Shown here: one piece after another, positions 39,300 through 49,175 of the stretch
How the letters are laid out: each line of letters starts with the position of its first letter
How positions within the stretch are numbered: the first letter of the stretch is position 1
Source of the DNA: Chthonomonadales bacterium
GTDB taxonomy: Bacteria > Armatimonadota > Chthonomonadetes > Chthonomonadales > CAJBBX01
Direction of reading: 5' to 3'
DNA: 64,000 nt
NCBI GenBank assembly: GCA_049967475.1
Contig: JBMFSQ010000006.1
Span: forward strand, 84,795 to 148,794
The notes under the pieces: generated by a model
The model's input: only the letters and a program-made list of their open reading frames with translations
What the model was told of the DNA's origin: nothing
Databases searched by the model: none
Made by a program: the position numbers and the translations under genes

Positions 39300-39383
39300 C
39301 AGAACTTCGGCTGCCCGATATCAGTATCTGAACGATTTCTGAGCGGCTGAGGCGACGGCTGCTCCGTATGCAAGATCCACCCG

Positions 39384-41468
39384 GTGGTGAATACGATGGA
39401 TAGGGCTACGTCCAAAACGGTGGGCCTAACGGGATCACTCCGCATCCTCAACCCGGTACTATCGCGGATCGCGCACCTCCGGAACCGGTACTATTTCTTC
39501 CTCGACGTTCTGATCCTCGCCGTCACTCCTACGTTGGCCCTCTGGTTGCGGAAGGATACGCTGGCGGGCGTGGACCGGTATGTTCCTGCGCTGCTCGCCT
39601 ATACCCTCGTGGCCATGGCCATCCGCCTGCCCATCTTCCGCGCCTTTGGGATGTACAAGAGGTATTGGCGCTACGCTTCGGTTGAGGATTTCGTCCAGAT
39701 CCTTCTTGCCGTGTTGCTTTCCACCTTCATCATCGCCGTGCTGTTCTACGGAACGTGGAACCGCGGTATGTGGGAAGTTCCTCTCCCCAGATCGGTACCG
39801 TTTATCAACGGGTTGCTGACGCTTTTGGCGGTAGGAGGGACGCGTTTCACCGCACGCGCCGCAGAGAACCTATTGCGGGGCGCTCGGCGCTACGAGGGCA
39901 AGCGGGTTCTGATTGTAGGCGCCGGCGACGCCGGTCAGAGCCTTGTTCGGGAACTGCGCACCAGCAAGCAGCTCAGGCTCTGCCCGGTGGGGTTCTTGGA
40001 TGATGATCCTCGCAAGCATGGGCTGCGCATCCACAATCTTCCAGTGTTTGGCGGCCGCAGTAAGTTGGCGGAGGTCGTGCGCCGTTACCGCGTGGCGGAG
40101 GTCATCATCGCCATGCCGAGTGCCGGGGGGAAGGTCGTGCGGGGCTACCTCAAGCAGTGTGAAGCTGCCGGAGTCCCGGCGAAGACGGTGCCCGGTATGT
40201 CCGCGATTTTAGGCGGAGAAGTGACCGTCAGCCACATCCGCAATGTGGAGATCGAAGACTTGCTGCGCAGAGAGCCCATCCGCACGGACATCGGGGCAGT
40301 GCAAAGGTTGATCCACGGCAAACGCGTGCTCATCACGGGGGGCGGCGGTTCCATCGGCAGCGAGCTTTGCCGGCAGGTGCTCCAATGTGAACCGAGCGCA
40401 TTGGCTGTGCTGGGGCATGGAGAGAACTCGGTATTCGAGATCCACGAAGAACTCAAGATGCTTGGAGGCACCCTCTGCGGAGACTTGCGGGATCTGAGCC
40501 GAGACGGCATCCAGGCCGTCATCGCCGATATCCGTATGCCGGATCGCATCCGATCCGTAATGGCTAAGTTCCAGCCCGATATGGTGTTCCACGCCGCAGC
40601 CCACAAGCATGTTCCGTTGATGGAGGCGAACCCAACCGAGGCAATCTCAAACAATGTGCTGGGTACGCAGAACGTGATTGACGCGGCCAGGGCTGCAGAC
40701 GTGGCCCGCTTCGTGCTCATCTCCACGGACAAGGCCGTCAATCCCACCAGCGTGATGGGGGCGAGCAAGCGCGTGGCCGAGCTCCTGGTACTCCGGGCCG
40801 CCCAACAAACAGGAAGGCCCTACGTTGCGGTGCGCTTTGGGAACGTGCTTGGAAGCCGGGGCAGCGTGGTTCCTATCTTCAAGCAGCAAATCGCCAATGG
40901 CGGGCCCATTACCGTAAGCCACCCGGAGATGAAACGGTACTTCATGACGATCCCGGAAGCGGTACAGCTTGTGCTGCAAGCGTCTGTTTTGGGCAAGGGC
41001 GGCGAGATCTTCATGCTGGATATGGGCGAACCCGTCCGTATCCTGGATTTGGCGCGGGACCTTACCGAACTATCCGGACTGGAGATTGGGCGGGATATAG
41101 ATATTGTGTACACCGGAGTGCGGCCTGGTGAAAAGCTTTTCGAGGAGCTGTTCGTGTCGGGTGAATGCTATCAACCCACACAGCACGAAAAGATCCTCAT
41201 CGCTCGAAATGCCGGGGCCTTCGTTCCAAGCGAGCTGGACGAAGTTCTGGATACGATGCGCGATGTCGTAGCGCGTGACGATGCTGCCGCTGCCGTTGCT
41301 TGTCTGCGCAGGTTGGTTCCCGAATACCAGGACCGACCCTCTCCAGATGGCGAAGACGTGTCCCACGCGGTGGTGCAGCAGCCCCAGGCGGTTCTGTTGA
41401 GGGGCCGCGATGGCCTCTCGGACGCTCCGGCGCCCAGTTTCGCCCATCCCAAGATTACCGAGACGTGA
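39384..41468 (+). CDS. Membrane-bound UDP-GlcNAc 4,6-dehydratase (CapD/WbpM/PglF family)
   Basis: Four N-terminal TM segments, GAGDAG, EDLLRREP, TGGGGSIGSE, HKHVP, STDKAVNP, RFGNVLGSRGSV, RPGEKL.EEL. Confidence 0.93.
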   Translation: MVNTMDRATSKTVGLTGSLRILNPVLSRIAHLRNRYYFFLDVLILAVTPTLALWLRKDTLAGVDRYVPALLAYTLVAMAIRLPIFRAFGMYKRYWRYASVEDFVQILLAVLLSTFIIAVLFYGTWNRGMWEVPLPRSVPFINGLLTLLAVGGTRFTARAAENLLRGARRYEGKRVLIVGAGDAGQSLVRELRTSKQLRLCPVGFLDDDPRKHGLRIHNLPVFGGRSKLAEVVRRYRVAEVIIAMPSAGGKVVRGYLKQCEAAGVPAKTVPGMSAILGGEVTVSHIRNVEIEDLLRREPIRTDIGAVQRLIHGKRVLITGGGGSIGSELCRQVLQCEPSALAVLGHGENSVFEIHEELKMLGGTLCGDLRDLSRDGIQAVIADIRMPDRIRSVMAKFQPDMVFHAAAHKHVPLMEANPTEAISNNVLGTQNVIDAARAADVARFVLISTDKAVNPTSVMGASKRVAELLVLRAAQQTGRPYVAVRFGNVLGSRGSVVPIFKQQIANGGPITVSHPEMKRYFMTIPEAVQLVLQASVLGKGGEIFMLDMGEPVRILDLARDLTELSGLEIGRDIDIVYTGVRPGEKLFEELFVSGECYQPTQHEKILIARNAGAFVPSELDEVLDTMRDVVARDDAAAAVACLRRLVPEYQDRPSPDGEDVSHAVVQQPQAVLLRGRDGLSDAPAPSFAHPKITET

Positions 41469-41495
41469 TTCCATCGGCTAAGGAGATATTGCCTT

Positions 41496-42455
41496 TTGAT
41501 GCCTACGCGGTCCAGGATCCTTGTAACCGGTGCAGCAGGCTTCATCGGTTCCCATTTGGTGCGGCGACTGCTGGCGGACGGTTACTTGGTTCGTGCGTTG
41601 GATGACCTCTCGACGGGCAAGATGGAGCGCCTTGGTGGGTTGCTTGACCGCATAGAATTCCGCCAGGCGGATATCTGCGATCCTGACGTGTGCGCCTGGG
41701 CTGTAGAGGGAGTAGAGGGTGTGCTTCACGAAGCGGCACTGCCCTCTGTGGCGCGTTCCTTGGAAGATCCGAGGTCCGCAGATCGGGTGAATGTGGGAGG
41801 TACCGTAACCCTGTTGGAGGCGTGTCGCCGGGCCGGTGTGCGCCGCCTCGTGCTGGCAGGTTCGTCATCCGTGTACGGCGACTCCGCCGTGTTACCCAAG
41901 GTTGAGACGATGGATCCGGCCCCCTTGAGCCCCTATGCCGCCAGCAAGCTCGCCGCTGAATACTACTGCTCGGTATTCGCCCATCTCGGATACGTGGAGA
42001 CGGTGTCCCTGCGGTACTTCAACGTATTCGGGCCAATGCAGGACCCTGCCTCGGAATATGCTGCCGTGATCCCCAAGTTCATTACCGCACTACTGGAAGG
42101 GCGCCCTGTTTGCGTGCATGGGGATGGGGAGCAGTCGCGGGATTTCACGTACATCGAGAATGTAGTGGAAGCCAATCTGCTGGCTTTGAATTCGCCCAAA
42201 GCGAACGGACACGCCATCAACATCGGATGCGGTGAGCGCACCACCCTTCTTCAATTGATCGCGGAACTCGAGCGGATTACGGGCAGGCGCGCTTCGGTGG
42301 AGCATGGACCTCCCCGCCCAGGAGACGTGCCCCATTCTCTGGCCGATATCAACAAAGCGCGAAATCTGTTGGGATACAACCCGAAGGTGGATCTGAGGCA
42401 AGGTTTGCAAAGAACGGTGGAATGGTTCGCGGCGGGCACGTCCGTTACCGATTAA
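41496..42455 (+). CDS. SDR nucleotide-sugar 4-epimerase (WbpP-like)
   Basis: TGAAGFIGS, SSSVYG, PYAASK, RYFNVFGP, GDG.QSRDFTY. Confidence 0.9.
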   Translation: MMPTRSRILVTGAAGFIGSHLVRRLLADGYLVRALDDLSTGKMERLGGLLDRIEFRQADICDPDVCAWAVEGVEGVLHEAALPSVARSLEDPRSADRVNVGGTVTLLEACRRAGVRRLVLAGSSSVYGDSAVLPKVETMDPAPLSPYAASKLAAEYYCSVFAHLGYVETVSLRYFNVFGPMQDPASEYAAVIPKFITALLEGRPVCVHGDGEQSRDFTYIENVVEANLLALNSPKANGHAINIGCGERTTLLQLIAELERITGRRASVEHGPPRPGDVPHSLADINKARNLLGYNPKVDLRQGLQRTVEWFAAGTSVTD

Positions 42456-42547
42456 TCATGGGGTGCTGGCCCTCCTTCTCTGCTAAGAAAGTCCGAGAAC
42501 GAGGCGACGGCGGCTGTGAAGGGCACCGCTCGAGGCGCGGTTGAGGA

Positions 42548-42718
42548 ATGAGCACACGCAGGCGGCCAAGCAGCCGCGGCAAGCGATGGTTTCGGAAGCT
42601 GATGAGGACGGAAATGGGCCGGCAGCTCCTGTGGTTTCTCTTCGTTCTGCTGGCCGCCGGGTCCATCTCCTATGTCGTTTTGCGGCATGCCGCGCGCATG
42701 CATGGTGCAGCTCATTGA
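42548..42718 (+). CDS. Putative 56-aa single-pass membrane protein (not in ORF track)
   Basis: MSTRRRPSSRGKRWFRKLMRTEMGRQLLWFLFVLLAAGSISYVVLRHAARMHGAAH*: basic N-terminus followed by one hydrophobic helix; fills an operon gap. Confidence 0.5.
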   Translation: MSTRRRPSSRGKRWFRKLMRTEMGRQLLWFLFVLLAAGSISYVVLRHAARMHGAAH

Positions 42719-42764
42719 GGCACTCGGATGGCAGGACGCCGGGCCGCGCAGAAATGAATGGCTG

Positions 42765-43742
42765 ATGACAACGGTTCTGGTTACAGGCGCTGCGGGCTTC
42801 ATCGGATCCCACGTCGTAGACCGGCTTTTGGAACGCGGCAATGCCGTCGTCGGTCTGGATAACTTCGACCCGTTCTATCCTCGCGCCGTCAAGGAGGCGA
42901 ACCTCTGCAGGGCCCGGGCAAACGCGGCCTTCACATTGAAAGAAGGGGACATCACGGACCCACGCGCAGTAGATGACGTAATGGCCGGTTTCCGGCCCGC
43001 GGTTGTGGTCCATCTGGCGGCCAAAGCCGGAGTGCGCCCCTCCATTACCGACCCGGCATCATATCTGCATACAAACGTTTTGGGAACGCTGAACCTCCTT
43101 CAGGCATCGCACCGCCATGGTGTGGCGCACTTTGTCTTTGCCTCCTCCTCCTCGGTGTACGGAGACAATGTTCCGGTGCCCTTTCGGGAAACGCAGCCTA
43201 CGGATGCGCCTGCGTCGCCCTACGCAGCCTCCAAGCAGGCAGGCGAGCGGCTCTGTTACACCTATCACCATCTCTATGGGATGGAGATTACATGTCTACG
43301 TTTTTTTACCGTATATGGCCCGCGGCAGAGGCCGGATCTGGCAATCCATAAGTTCGTGGCGGGCATCCTGCGGGGCGACGCCATCCCGTTGTATGGCGAC
43401 GGCCTCTCGAGCCGCGATTACACATACGTGGACGACATTCTGGATGGAGTGGAGGCCGCCATTTGCCGGCCTCGGGGCTTCCGCATCTACAATCTCGGAA
43501 GAAGCGAGCCGGTGAGCCTGAAGGATCTGGTATGCCTAATCGAGGGGGTCCTGGGGCGTCAGGCGACGATCGAACGGTTGCCTTCTCAACCCGGAGATGT
43601 AAGGGCCACGTGTGCGGATATCTCGCGGGCGCGGGCCGAGCTTGGATATGATCCCCACGTACGGCTAGAGGACGGCATCCGGCGCTTTGCAGAATGGTAC
43701 CAGCAGCAAAATGCAGGAACTGCGGCGGAGGGCGGAGCATAG
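42765..43742 (+). CDS. NAD-dependent epimerase (UDP-glucuronate 4-epimerase/CapI-like)
   Basis: TGAAGFIGS, HLAAKAGVRPS, SSSSVYG, PYAASK, RFFTVYGPRQRPDLA. Confidence 0.9.
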   Translation: MTTVLVTGAAGFIGSHVVDRLLERGNAVVGLDNFDPFYPRAVKEANLCRARANAAFTLKEGDITDPRAVDDVMAGFRPAVVVHLAAKAGVRPSITDPASYLHTNVLGTLNLLQASHRHGVAHFVFASSSSVYGDNVPVPFRETQPTDAPASPYAASKQAGERLCYTYHHLYGMEITCLRFFTVYGPRQRPDLAIHKFVAGILRGDAIPLYGDGLSSRDYTYVDDILDGVEAAICRPRGFRIYNLGRSEPVSLKDLVCLIEGVLGRQATIERLPSQPGDVRATCADISRARAELGYDPHVRLEDGIRRFAEWYQQQNAGTAAEGGA

Positions 43743-43776
43743 TCTACGGAGCAAAGCGCTGCTGAGGTGTCAGGCA

Positions 43777-44301
43777 ATGAGCTGCGACATGGGGTGGGAA
43801 CAGGGTTGGTTCGCAGTGTATACGCGTGCCCGACATGAGCATGCTGTTGAGCGGTACTTGCAGCGAAAGAACCTCGTTACCTACCTTCCCCTCAAGAAGG
43901 TTTGGAGTACGCGCCGGGACCGCAGGAAGAAGATCCTGCTTCCGGCGCTTCCCGGGTATCTCTTCATCCGGTGCGCCATGACGCCGGACGTGCGCGCTGA
44001 GGTGAAGAAGGCGCCGGGTGTGGTGAGCCTGATTTCTACCGATGGGATACCCAGCCGCATCCCGGATGACCAAATCAACTCTCTGCGGATCCTGCTGGAA
44101 TCGGAACTGGAGGTGGAGACCCTATCCCGCTTCGAGCCCGGCAAGTTGGTGCGCATCCGTTCGGGACCTCTTGCCGGAGCTAGCGGCATTTTGGAACGCG
44201 TCAATCCCGGCAAAAACCGCCTCATCGTTCGTATTGACACAATCGGCATGGCATGCTCCGTAGATATCCACGAAGCAGATGTTGAACTCGTCGCCGATTG
44301 A
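43777..44301 (+). CDS. NusG-paralog transcription antiterminator (UpxY/RfaH/LoaP-like)
   Basis: WFAVYT...E, YLP, 'W..R.K.I..P.LPGYLF' NGN domain; KOW 'G..VRI.SGPL.G..G'. Confidence 0.9.
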   Translation: MSCDMGWEQGWFAVYTRARHEHAVERYLQRKNLVTYLPLKKVWSTRRDRRKKILLPALPGYLFIRCAMTPDVRAEVKKAPGVVSLISTDGIPSRIPDDQINSLRILLESELEVETLSRFEPGKLVRIRSGPLAGASGILERVNPGKNRLIVRIDTIGMACSVDIHEADVELVAD

Positions 44302-44380
44302 CCTTTCGTCGGTGGTACTACGAAGATGCCTTCACTCCTCAGGAGGCGGGGCGCTTCGGTACAGAAAAGGATGGTTCCCG

Positions 44381-45571
44381 ATGGACGCTGTGTTGAGAAG
44401 AACCGTTACTGCAATGGCGTTGGCGGCTTGGGCGGGCGTTTGTGCTCTTCCCGCATGGGCAGTGGACGTGTCCCGTTACGGCAAACGCATGGAAGTCGGC
44501 GCCGGCGATGCCAAAGTGATCGTACTGTTGTTGCGCGGTTCGCCCTATCACATGGGCTATGCAGAGGGCAAGCTCTGCGCGCGAGAGATACGGTATATGG
44601 TGCAGGAAGTTGCCCCCAAGATGATGGCAGGGATGAAGGTGTCCCCCCAGCGAGTGGACGAAATCTGGAAGCTCTATGCCAAGCATCTGCGCAAGGACTA
44701 TCTCGAGGAATTGAGGGGTGAGGCGGACGGATCCGGTGTACCGTTGCGCGAAATCCAAAGGCTGGAGGCAATCCCCGACATTTCAGAGTGGCACTGCTCC
44801 TTTTTTGCCGCGTACGGGCCGGCCACCAAGGGCGGAGAACTCGTGCAGATAAGGGCTCTGGATTACACAACCGATGCGGGGATCCAGAAGTACCCGGCCC
44901 TTAAGATCTATATGCCCGAGCGCGGGGTGCCGTTCGTGAACGTGGGTTGGGCCGGCATCTGCGGCTTGGTGAGCGGCATGAACCGTAACGGCATCGCCAT
45001 GAGTGAGATCGGTGACGATTGGGATATGAAGACCGACACATTCGATGGCAGACCGCTCACCTATGTGATGCGCGACGCCGTGCAGTTCGGCCGAACCCTC
45101 GATGAGGCGGTGCGCCTCGTGCGGGACGGTCCGCGCACCACTTCACTCCTCTATTGCCTCTCTAGTGCGAACCCGCCTGCTGTGCGAGCGCTGAAAACGA
45201 GCCACGCCCACTGCATTGTCTACACACCTTCTACTCTTCCGTTCCCCCACATCACGGACACGGTCTACATGTCCATGGGGATGGACAGTCCGTGGAACCT
45301 CAAACTCTCCAAAGCGCTGAAGGCCGTTGCAGGCAAAGTGGATGTGCGCATCGCCCAGCAGATGATGCACACGTTGAAGACCGGCAGCTTGCATGCGGTT
45401 GTCTTTAAACCGGGTACCGGCGATTTGTGGGTCGCGAACGCCACAGACAAAGAGCCCGCATACAACCGGCCGTTCGTGCACTTCAACCTGAAACAAGCGA
45501 TTGCCTCATCCTTCTTTGCCGCGCACACTGCGAAAGGGAGATTGAAGGCGCCCAGAGTGGCTGCACAGTAG
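44381..45571 (+). CDS. Secreted C45-family Ntn hydrolase (acyltransferase/amidase)
   Basis: Signal peptide ending AWA; G.PY.MGY..G, EELRG.ADG, 'CSFFAA' nucleophile Cys, RALDY, SGMN..GI. Confidence 0.78.
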   Translation: MDAVLRRTVTAMALAAWAGVCALPAWAVDVSRYGKRMEVGAGDAKVIVLLLRGSPYHMGYAEGKLCAREIRYMVQEVAPKMMAGMKVSPQRVDEIWKLYAKHLRKDYLEELRGEADGSGVPLREIQRLEAIPDISEWHCSFFAAYGPATKGGELVQIRALDYTTDAGIQKYPALKIYMPERGVPFVNVGWAGICGLVSGMNRNGIAMSEIGDDWDMKTDTFDGRPLTYVMRDAVQFGRTLDEAVRLVRDGPRTTSLLYCLSSANPPAVRALKTSHAHCIVYTPSTLPFPHITDTVYMSMGMDSPWNLKLSKALKAVAGKVDVRIAQQMMHTLKTGSLHAVVFKPGTGDLWVANATDKEPAYNRPFVHFNLKQAIASSFFAAHTAKGRLKAPRVAAQ

Positions 45572-45619
45572 CCGCTGTTTGCTGCTCCAATCCACCGGAG
45601 AGAACTACAGGGGGAGAGA

Positions 45620-46567
45620 ATGCTGAGTTCCATTGTTATGCTTCTTGCTGCTGCCGTTGCATCGGCACCGGTGCCCGCGAAGCAATCATTGGCTGAGCGC
45701 CTCGGTTACAAGGCCACAGATCGGCTCTTGATCATCAACGGCGATGACACCGGCATGTGCCACGCCGCCAACGTGGCCACAATGGATTGCCTGGATCACG
45801 GGCTGATGACGAGCGCCACGATTATGGTTCCGTGCCCGTGGTTTACGGAGATTGCGCGCTATGCCAGGAGCCACCCGAAGGCGGACCTAGGCATTCACCT
45901 CACGCATACCAGCGAATGGCAGGTGTATCGGTGGGGACCCGTCGCTGGGGCCGCCGCCGTGCCGGGATTGGTAGACCCGGAGGGTTACTTGTGGCGCTCT
46001 GTCGAAGAAGTGTATGCCCACTCCAATGTTGCCGAGGCAGTGCGCGAGGCGAAAGCGCAGATTGACCGTGCCAAGAGGGCCGGTATTGACATTACCCATC
46101 TGGATTCCCATATGGGAGCGATGCAGTACAACGTGGCCTACCACCGTGCCTACCTCAAACTGGCCCGCGAGCTGGATCTGCCGGTTCGGATGGGCTCTCC
46201 CGACACCTATGCCCGCGCGGGCTTCCCAACGATCCGGGCGGAGGCCGAGGCCATGGGGCTCGTTTTTCCGGATAGGCTGATCCATGAAGAACACCCGGAG
46301 CCGGGCGAAAGCCGCAAACAGTTTTGGCTCCGCATCCTTAGGACATTAAAGCCGGGTGTCACCGAGCTTTATATCCACGCAGGAGTACCCAACGAGGAGC
46401 TCCAGGCCATCGCCAATTCCTGGCGCGATCGTGGCGAAGACTATGAGCTGTTCACTCGCGATCCCGACATACGCGCCGCGATCGAGCACGAGCACATCAT
46501 CCGCATCGGCTACCGGGCATTGCGGGATCTGCAGCGCCGCGAGCATGCGGCTCGGCACAAGAGTTAG
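45620..46567 (+). CDS. YdjC/ChbG-family carbohydrate deacetylase with signal peptide
   Basis: IINGDDTG, SATIMVPCPW, LGIHLT, HLDSHMG, ELYIH. Confidence 0.85.
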   Translation: MLSSIVMLLAAAVASAPVPAKQSLAERLGYKATDRLLIINGDDTGMCHAANVATMDCLDHGLMTSATIMVPCPWFTEIARYARSHPKADLGIHLTHTSEWQVYRWGPVAGAAAVPGLVDPEGYLWRSVEEVYAHSNVAEAVREAKAQIDRAKRAGIDITHLDSHMGAMQYNVAYHRAYLKLARELDLPVRMGSPDTYARAGFPTIRAEAEAMGLVFPDRLIHEEHPEPGESRKQFWLRILRTLKPGVTELYIHAGVPNEELQAIANSWRDRGEDYELFTRDPDIRAAIEHEHIIRIGYRALRDLQRREHAARHKS

Positions 46568-46594
46568 CCATTGCCCTGAAGGCCACGGCAGTGG
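46568..46594. terminator. Possible hairpin between convergent genes
   Basis: CCATTGCC (46568-75) pairs with GGCAGTGG (46587-94), one G-U pair; no U-tract. Confidence 0.25.
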
Positions 46595-46628
46595 AACACG
46601 GAGCGGCCTGAGAATGCGCCCTCCGGCC

Positions 46629-49175
46629 CTACCCCGTTACCTCGAGTTCGCGGCGAGCTGCGTTATAGGCATCCACCTCGATGGATCCTTCGCCCGTAAA
46701 CGTGCACGTTACCGTCTCGCCCGGTGCCACAAAGGGCCAGTATCCCCACGTGGGGTAAGGGCCCGTGAAATCGCCTAACGGGTCCAGGCGCACACCCAAT
46801 AGGGGCGGACCTCCGGCCGGGCAGTGAAGTGTCAGCTCGCCGGGGCTCTTCCAACTGAGGATCGGAGACGCCGCCGGCAGGCGCAGAAGCGGTGCAAAGG
46901 GCGCGGCTTCGTACGTGGAGAAGAAGTAACGGTTGTCGCTCCGGCCTGCGGTTCCGGCAGCAGAAAGCGCCAGCACCAAGACCGCCGGTTGGGCGGGGAC
47001 CTTGGTCTGAATGCGCCCCACAGGAATGGAACCCCCGTCTTTCAACGCTGGGCAGTTCAAAGACCCGGCTGCCAGGTTTTCGCCGGAGATCGCGTCGTAG
47101 AGGATCCAGTCAAGGGTCCCCGGTGCGGCCGAAGGGGCAGACGCGCTCACCCAGGCTTCGGCGTCGAGTGTTTCTCCAGGGCTGAGGCGCAGGCTCGAAT
47201 ACCGGGCGCTCACCAACAGGGGTGCATAGGCTGTTCGGACTGCCCAATACGCCGGTTTTAACCCCCCAAAGTAATCCATCACATTCGTGCAGGATGTGTT
47301 GGGCCACGCTTCGTTGAACTGCCAGGGCATGCAGCCGCTGGTGCGCCATGCCCTGCGGCGGCTTGCCTCCACTGCATAGCGCAACCCTTCGTACTGCATC
47401 CACTGCCCGGCGAATACGAAGGCGGGCAGTTCCTCTATCTTGCCGAACAGTTCCTCTACGCGTTCCCGGTTGATCCACCACGCTCCGTGGTGCACCCATG
47501 CGGGATTTGTGCGGTCCGGCGGCCATAGGAAACTCGGACTAAGGACGCGCGCCAGGGTTCGCAGGTTCGCAGGCCCTTCGCAGCCGAATTCCGAATGGAG
47601 CAGGGGATCAATCTCGTTGTAAAACGTATAGTGCTGAGGGTCTCCCATATAGAGCCAATTGCCGTGCACATCGTGCATGCGGCCAGTGTTTGCCGGGTCT
47701 GCCGCGAATACCGGTCCCGATGGCGAGGTTGGGACATAGATGCGGTCCGGATCCAATTCCTGCACGATTTGTCCAAGGGCGGCAAGAACGGGATGGCTTG
47801 CGTCGAGGGGCCGGTAATCGCTGTTCGTCAACTCGTTGCCGCCGCACCAGAGCGCCAGCGACGGGTGATGGGCGCGCCTAAGCACCATTTGGCGGGCTTG
47901 ATCGGCGCAATAGGCCACGTATTCCGCATCGTGGGCGGGTTCGTTGTCAATGCCGGAAGAGGATTGGGGAAACTCTTGCCAAACCAAGATGCCTGCTTCG
48001 TCGCAAAGATCGTAGAAGTGCTCTCGTTCCAAGAGGCCTCCGCCCCAAACTCTCAGGAGATTGCAGTGGGCTTCCTTTGCCAATCGGATGGCGTGAGTGT
48101 ATTTCTTTCTATGGTGCGGCCCGTAGAGCTGGTCAATGGGTGCCCAGTTCCATCCGGCCAGAAAGATGCGCTTCCCGTTGACCACCAAAGTATAGGGAAG
48201 GGCCTCGGGAGGCGCTCCTTCGTTGGGAACAGCTTGAATGGAGCGGAAGCCGATGCGGCGCTGCCACTGATCGAGGATGCTGCCGCCGGCATTCTTCACC
48301 TCCACACATACGGTGTAGAGGGGCTGGTCCCCGTATCCGTTAGGGTACCAAAGAAGCGGTTTCTCCACGCAAAGAGTGCAGCTCCAGTGCGTCGGCCCGT
48401 CCCCTGAGACTTCGGCGGGGCCGGACGCCTGCGCTACCTGGCTCCCCGCAGGATCCTGCAGGCGCGCCTCCACAACCACAGGCTGGACATCCTGGCGTTC
48501 CAGCTCCACGTCGAGAGTGACCTCGCCCTCCGATGCGCCCACCACACGCGGATGGGCGCGCACGCTTCGGAGGCGGGCCTGCTGCCAAACCTCGAGCCAA
48601 ACGTCCTCATGGATGCCCAGCGGCACCAAACGGGTGCACCAATCCCATTGGTAGGCGAAACGAGGTTTCCACAGGCGCACGCGACTTGTCCAACCGATCT
48701 GTGCCTGTTGTTCGGGTTCGAAGGGCGCATGCTCCACAACGACGATAAGTCGGTTGGTTCCCGATCGCACAGCTTCTGTTGCGTCTAGGTCGAAGCTGGT
48801 GTAGGTACCCTGATGCTCGCCAAGCTTCCGGCTGTTGAGGAAAACGTAACAAGCATAGTCCACGCCTTCAAAGTGCAGAAGCGCGCGGGCGTCTTCCGGT
48901 AACGATCCAAGCTGAAAATCCTTGTGGTAGACCCAGTCGCGCTGGCTGGTCCATTCCCAGAAGCGGCTGTTGAGATCCTTCCAGGGATCCGGGAATTGGC
49001 CGGTACGAAGGAGGTCCGACTGCACGTCTCCAGGCACTTCGGCTGGGATCCAGGGCGGAACGGGCGGGTTCAAGCGATCCAGGGTGCAATCCTCGTGGCC
49101 GATCCGCCGCCACTGCCATTCTGAGGGTACCAGCCCCAGAATCCGCCAATCAGAGCCGCTGAGCATGATGTGCAT
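46629..49175 (-). CDS. Glycoside hydrolase family 2 (beta-mannosidase-like)
   Basis: VPGDV, FEGVDY, WDW, LWYPNGYG.QPLY, NLLRVWGGG, WCGGNE (acid/base), SEFG (nucleophile); start set at MHIML. Confidence 0.92.
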   Translation of the reverse strand: MHIMLSGSDWRILGLVPSEWQWRRIGHEDCTLDRLNPPVPPWIPAEVPGDVQSDLLRTGQFPDPWKDLNSRFWEWTSQRDWVYHKDFQLGSLPEDARALLHFEGVDYACYVFLNSRKLGEHQGTYTSFDLDATEAVRSGTNRLIVVVEHAPFEPEQQAQIGWTSRVRLWKPRFAYQWDWCTRLVPLGIHEDVWLEVWQQARLRSVRAHPRVVGASEGEVTLDVELERQDVQPVVVEARLQDPAGSQVAQASGPAEVSGDGPTHWSCTLCVEKPLLWYPNGYGDQPLYTVCVEVKNAGGSILDQWQRRIGFRSIQAVPNEGAPPEALPYTLVVNGKRIFLAGWNWAPIDQLYGPHHRKKYTHAIRLAKEAHCNLLRVWGGGLLEREHFYDLCDEAGILVWQEFPQSSSGIDNEPAHDAEYVAYCADQARQMVLRRAHHPSLALWCGGNELTNSDYRPLDASHPVLAALGQIVQELDPDRIYVPTSPSGPVFAADPANTGRMHDVHGNWLYMGDPQHYTFYNEIDPLLHSEFGCEGPANLRTLARVLSPSFLWPPDRTNPAWVHHGAWWINRERVEELFGKIEELPAFVFAGQWMQYEGLRYAVEASRRRAWRTSGCMPWQFNEAWPNTSCTNVMDYFGGLKPAYWAVRTAYAPLLVSARYSSLRLSPGETLDAEAWVSASAPSAAPGTLDWILYDAISGENLAAGSLNCPALKDGGSIPVGRIQTKVPAQPAVLVLALSAAGTAGRSDNRYFFSTYEAAPFAPLLRLPAASPILSWKSPGELTLHCPAGGPPLLGVRLDPLGDFTGPYPTWGYWPFVAPGETVTCTFTGEGSIEVDAYNAARRELEVTG

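Noticed and set aside
39349..42511. 11-mer GAGGCGACGGC in two intergenic gaps (39349, 42501) as an ops-like element
   Set aside because: The same 11-mer occurs in coding sequence at 12261; plausible by chance in GC-rich DNA.
42599..42614. CTGATGA...GAAA resembling a hammerhead ribozyme core
   Set aside because: Only 5 nt separate the motifs, so there is no stem II, and no flanking stems are evident; the region is better explained by the small ORF.
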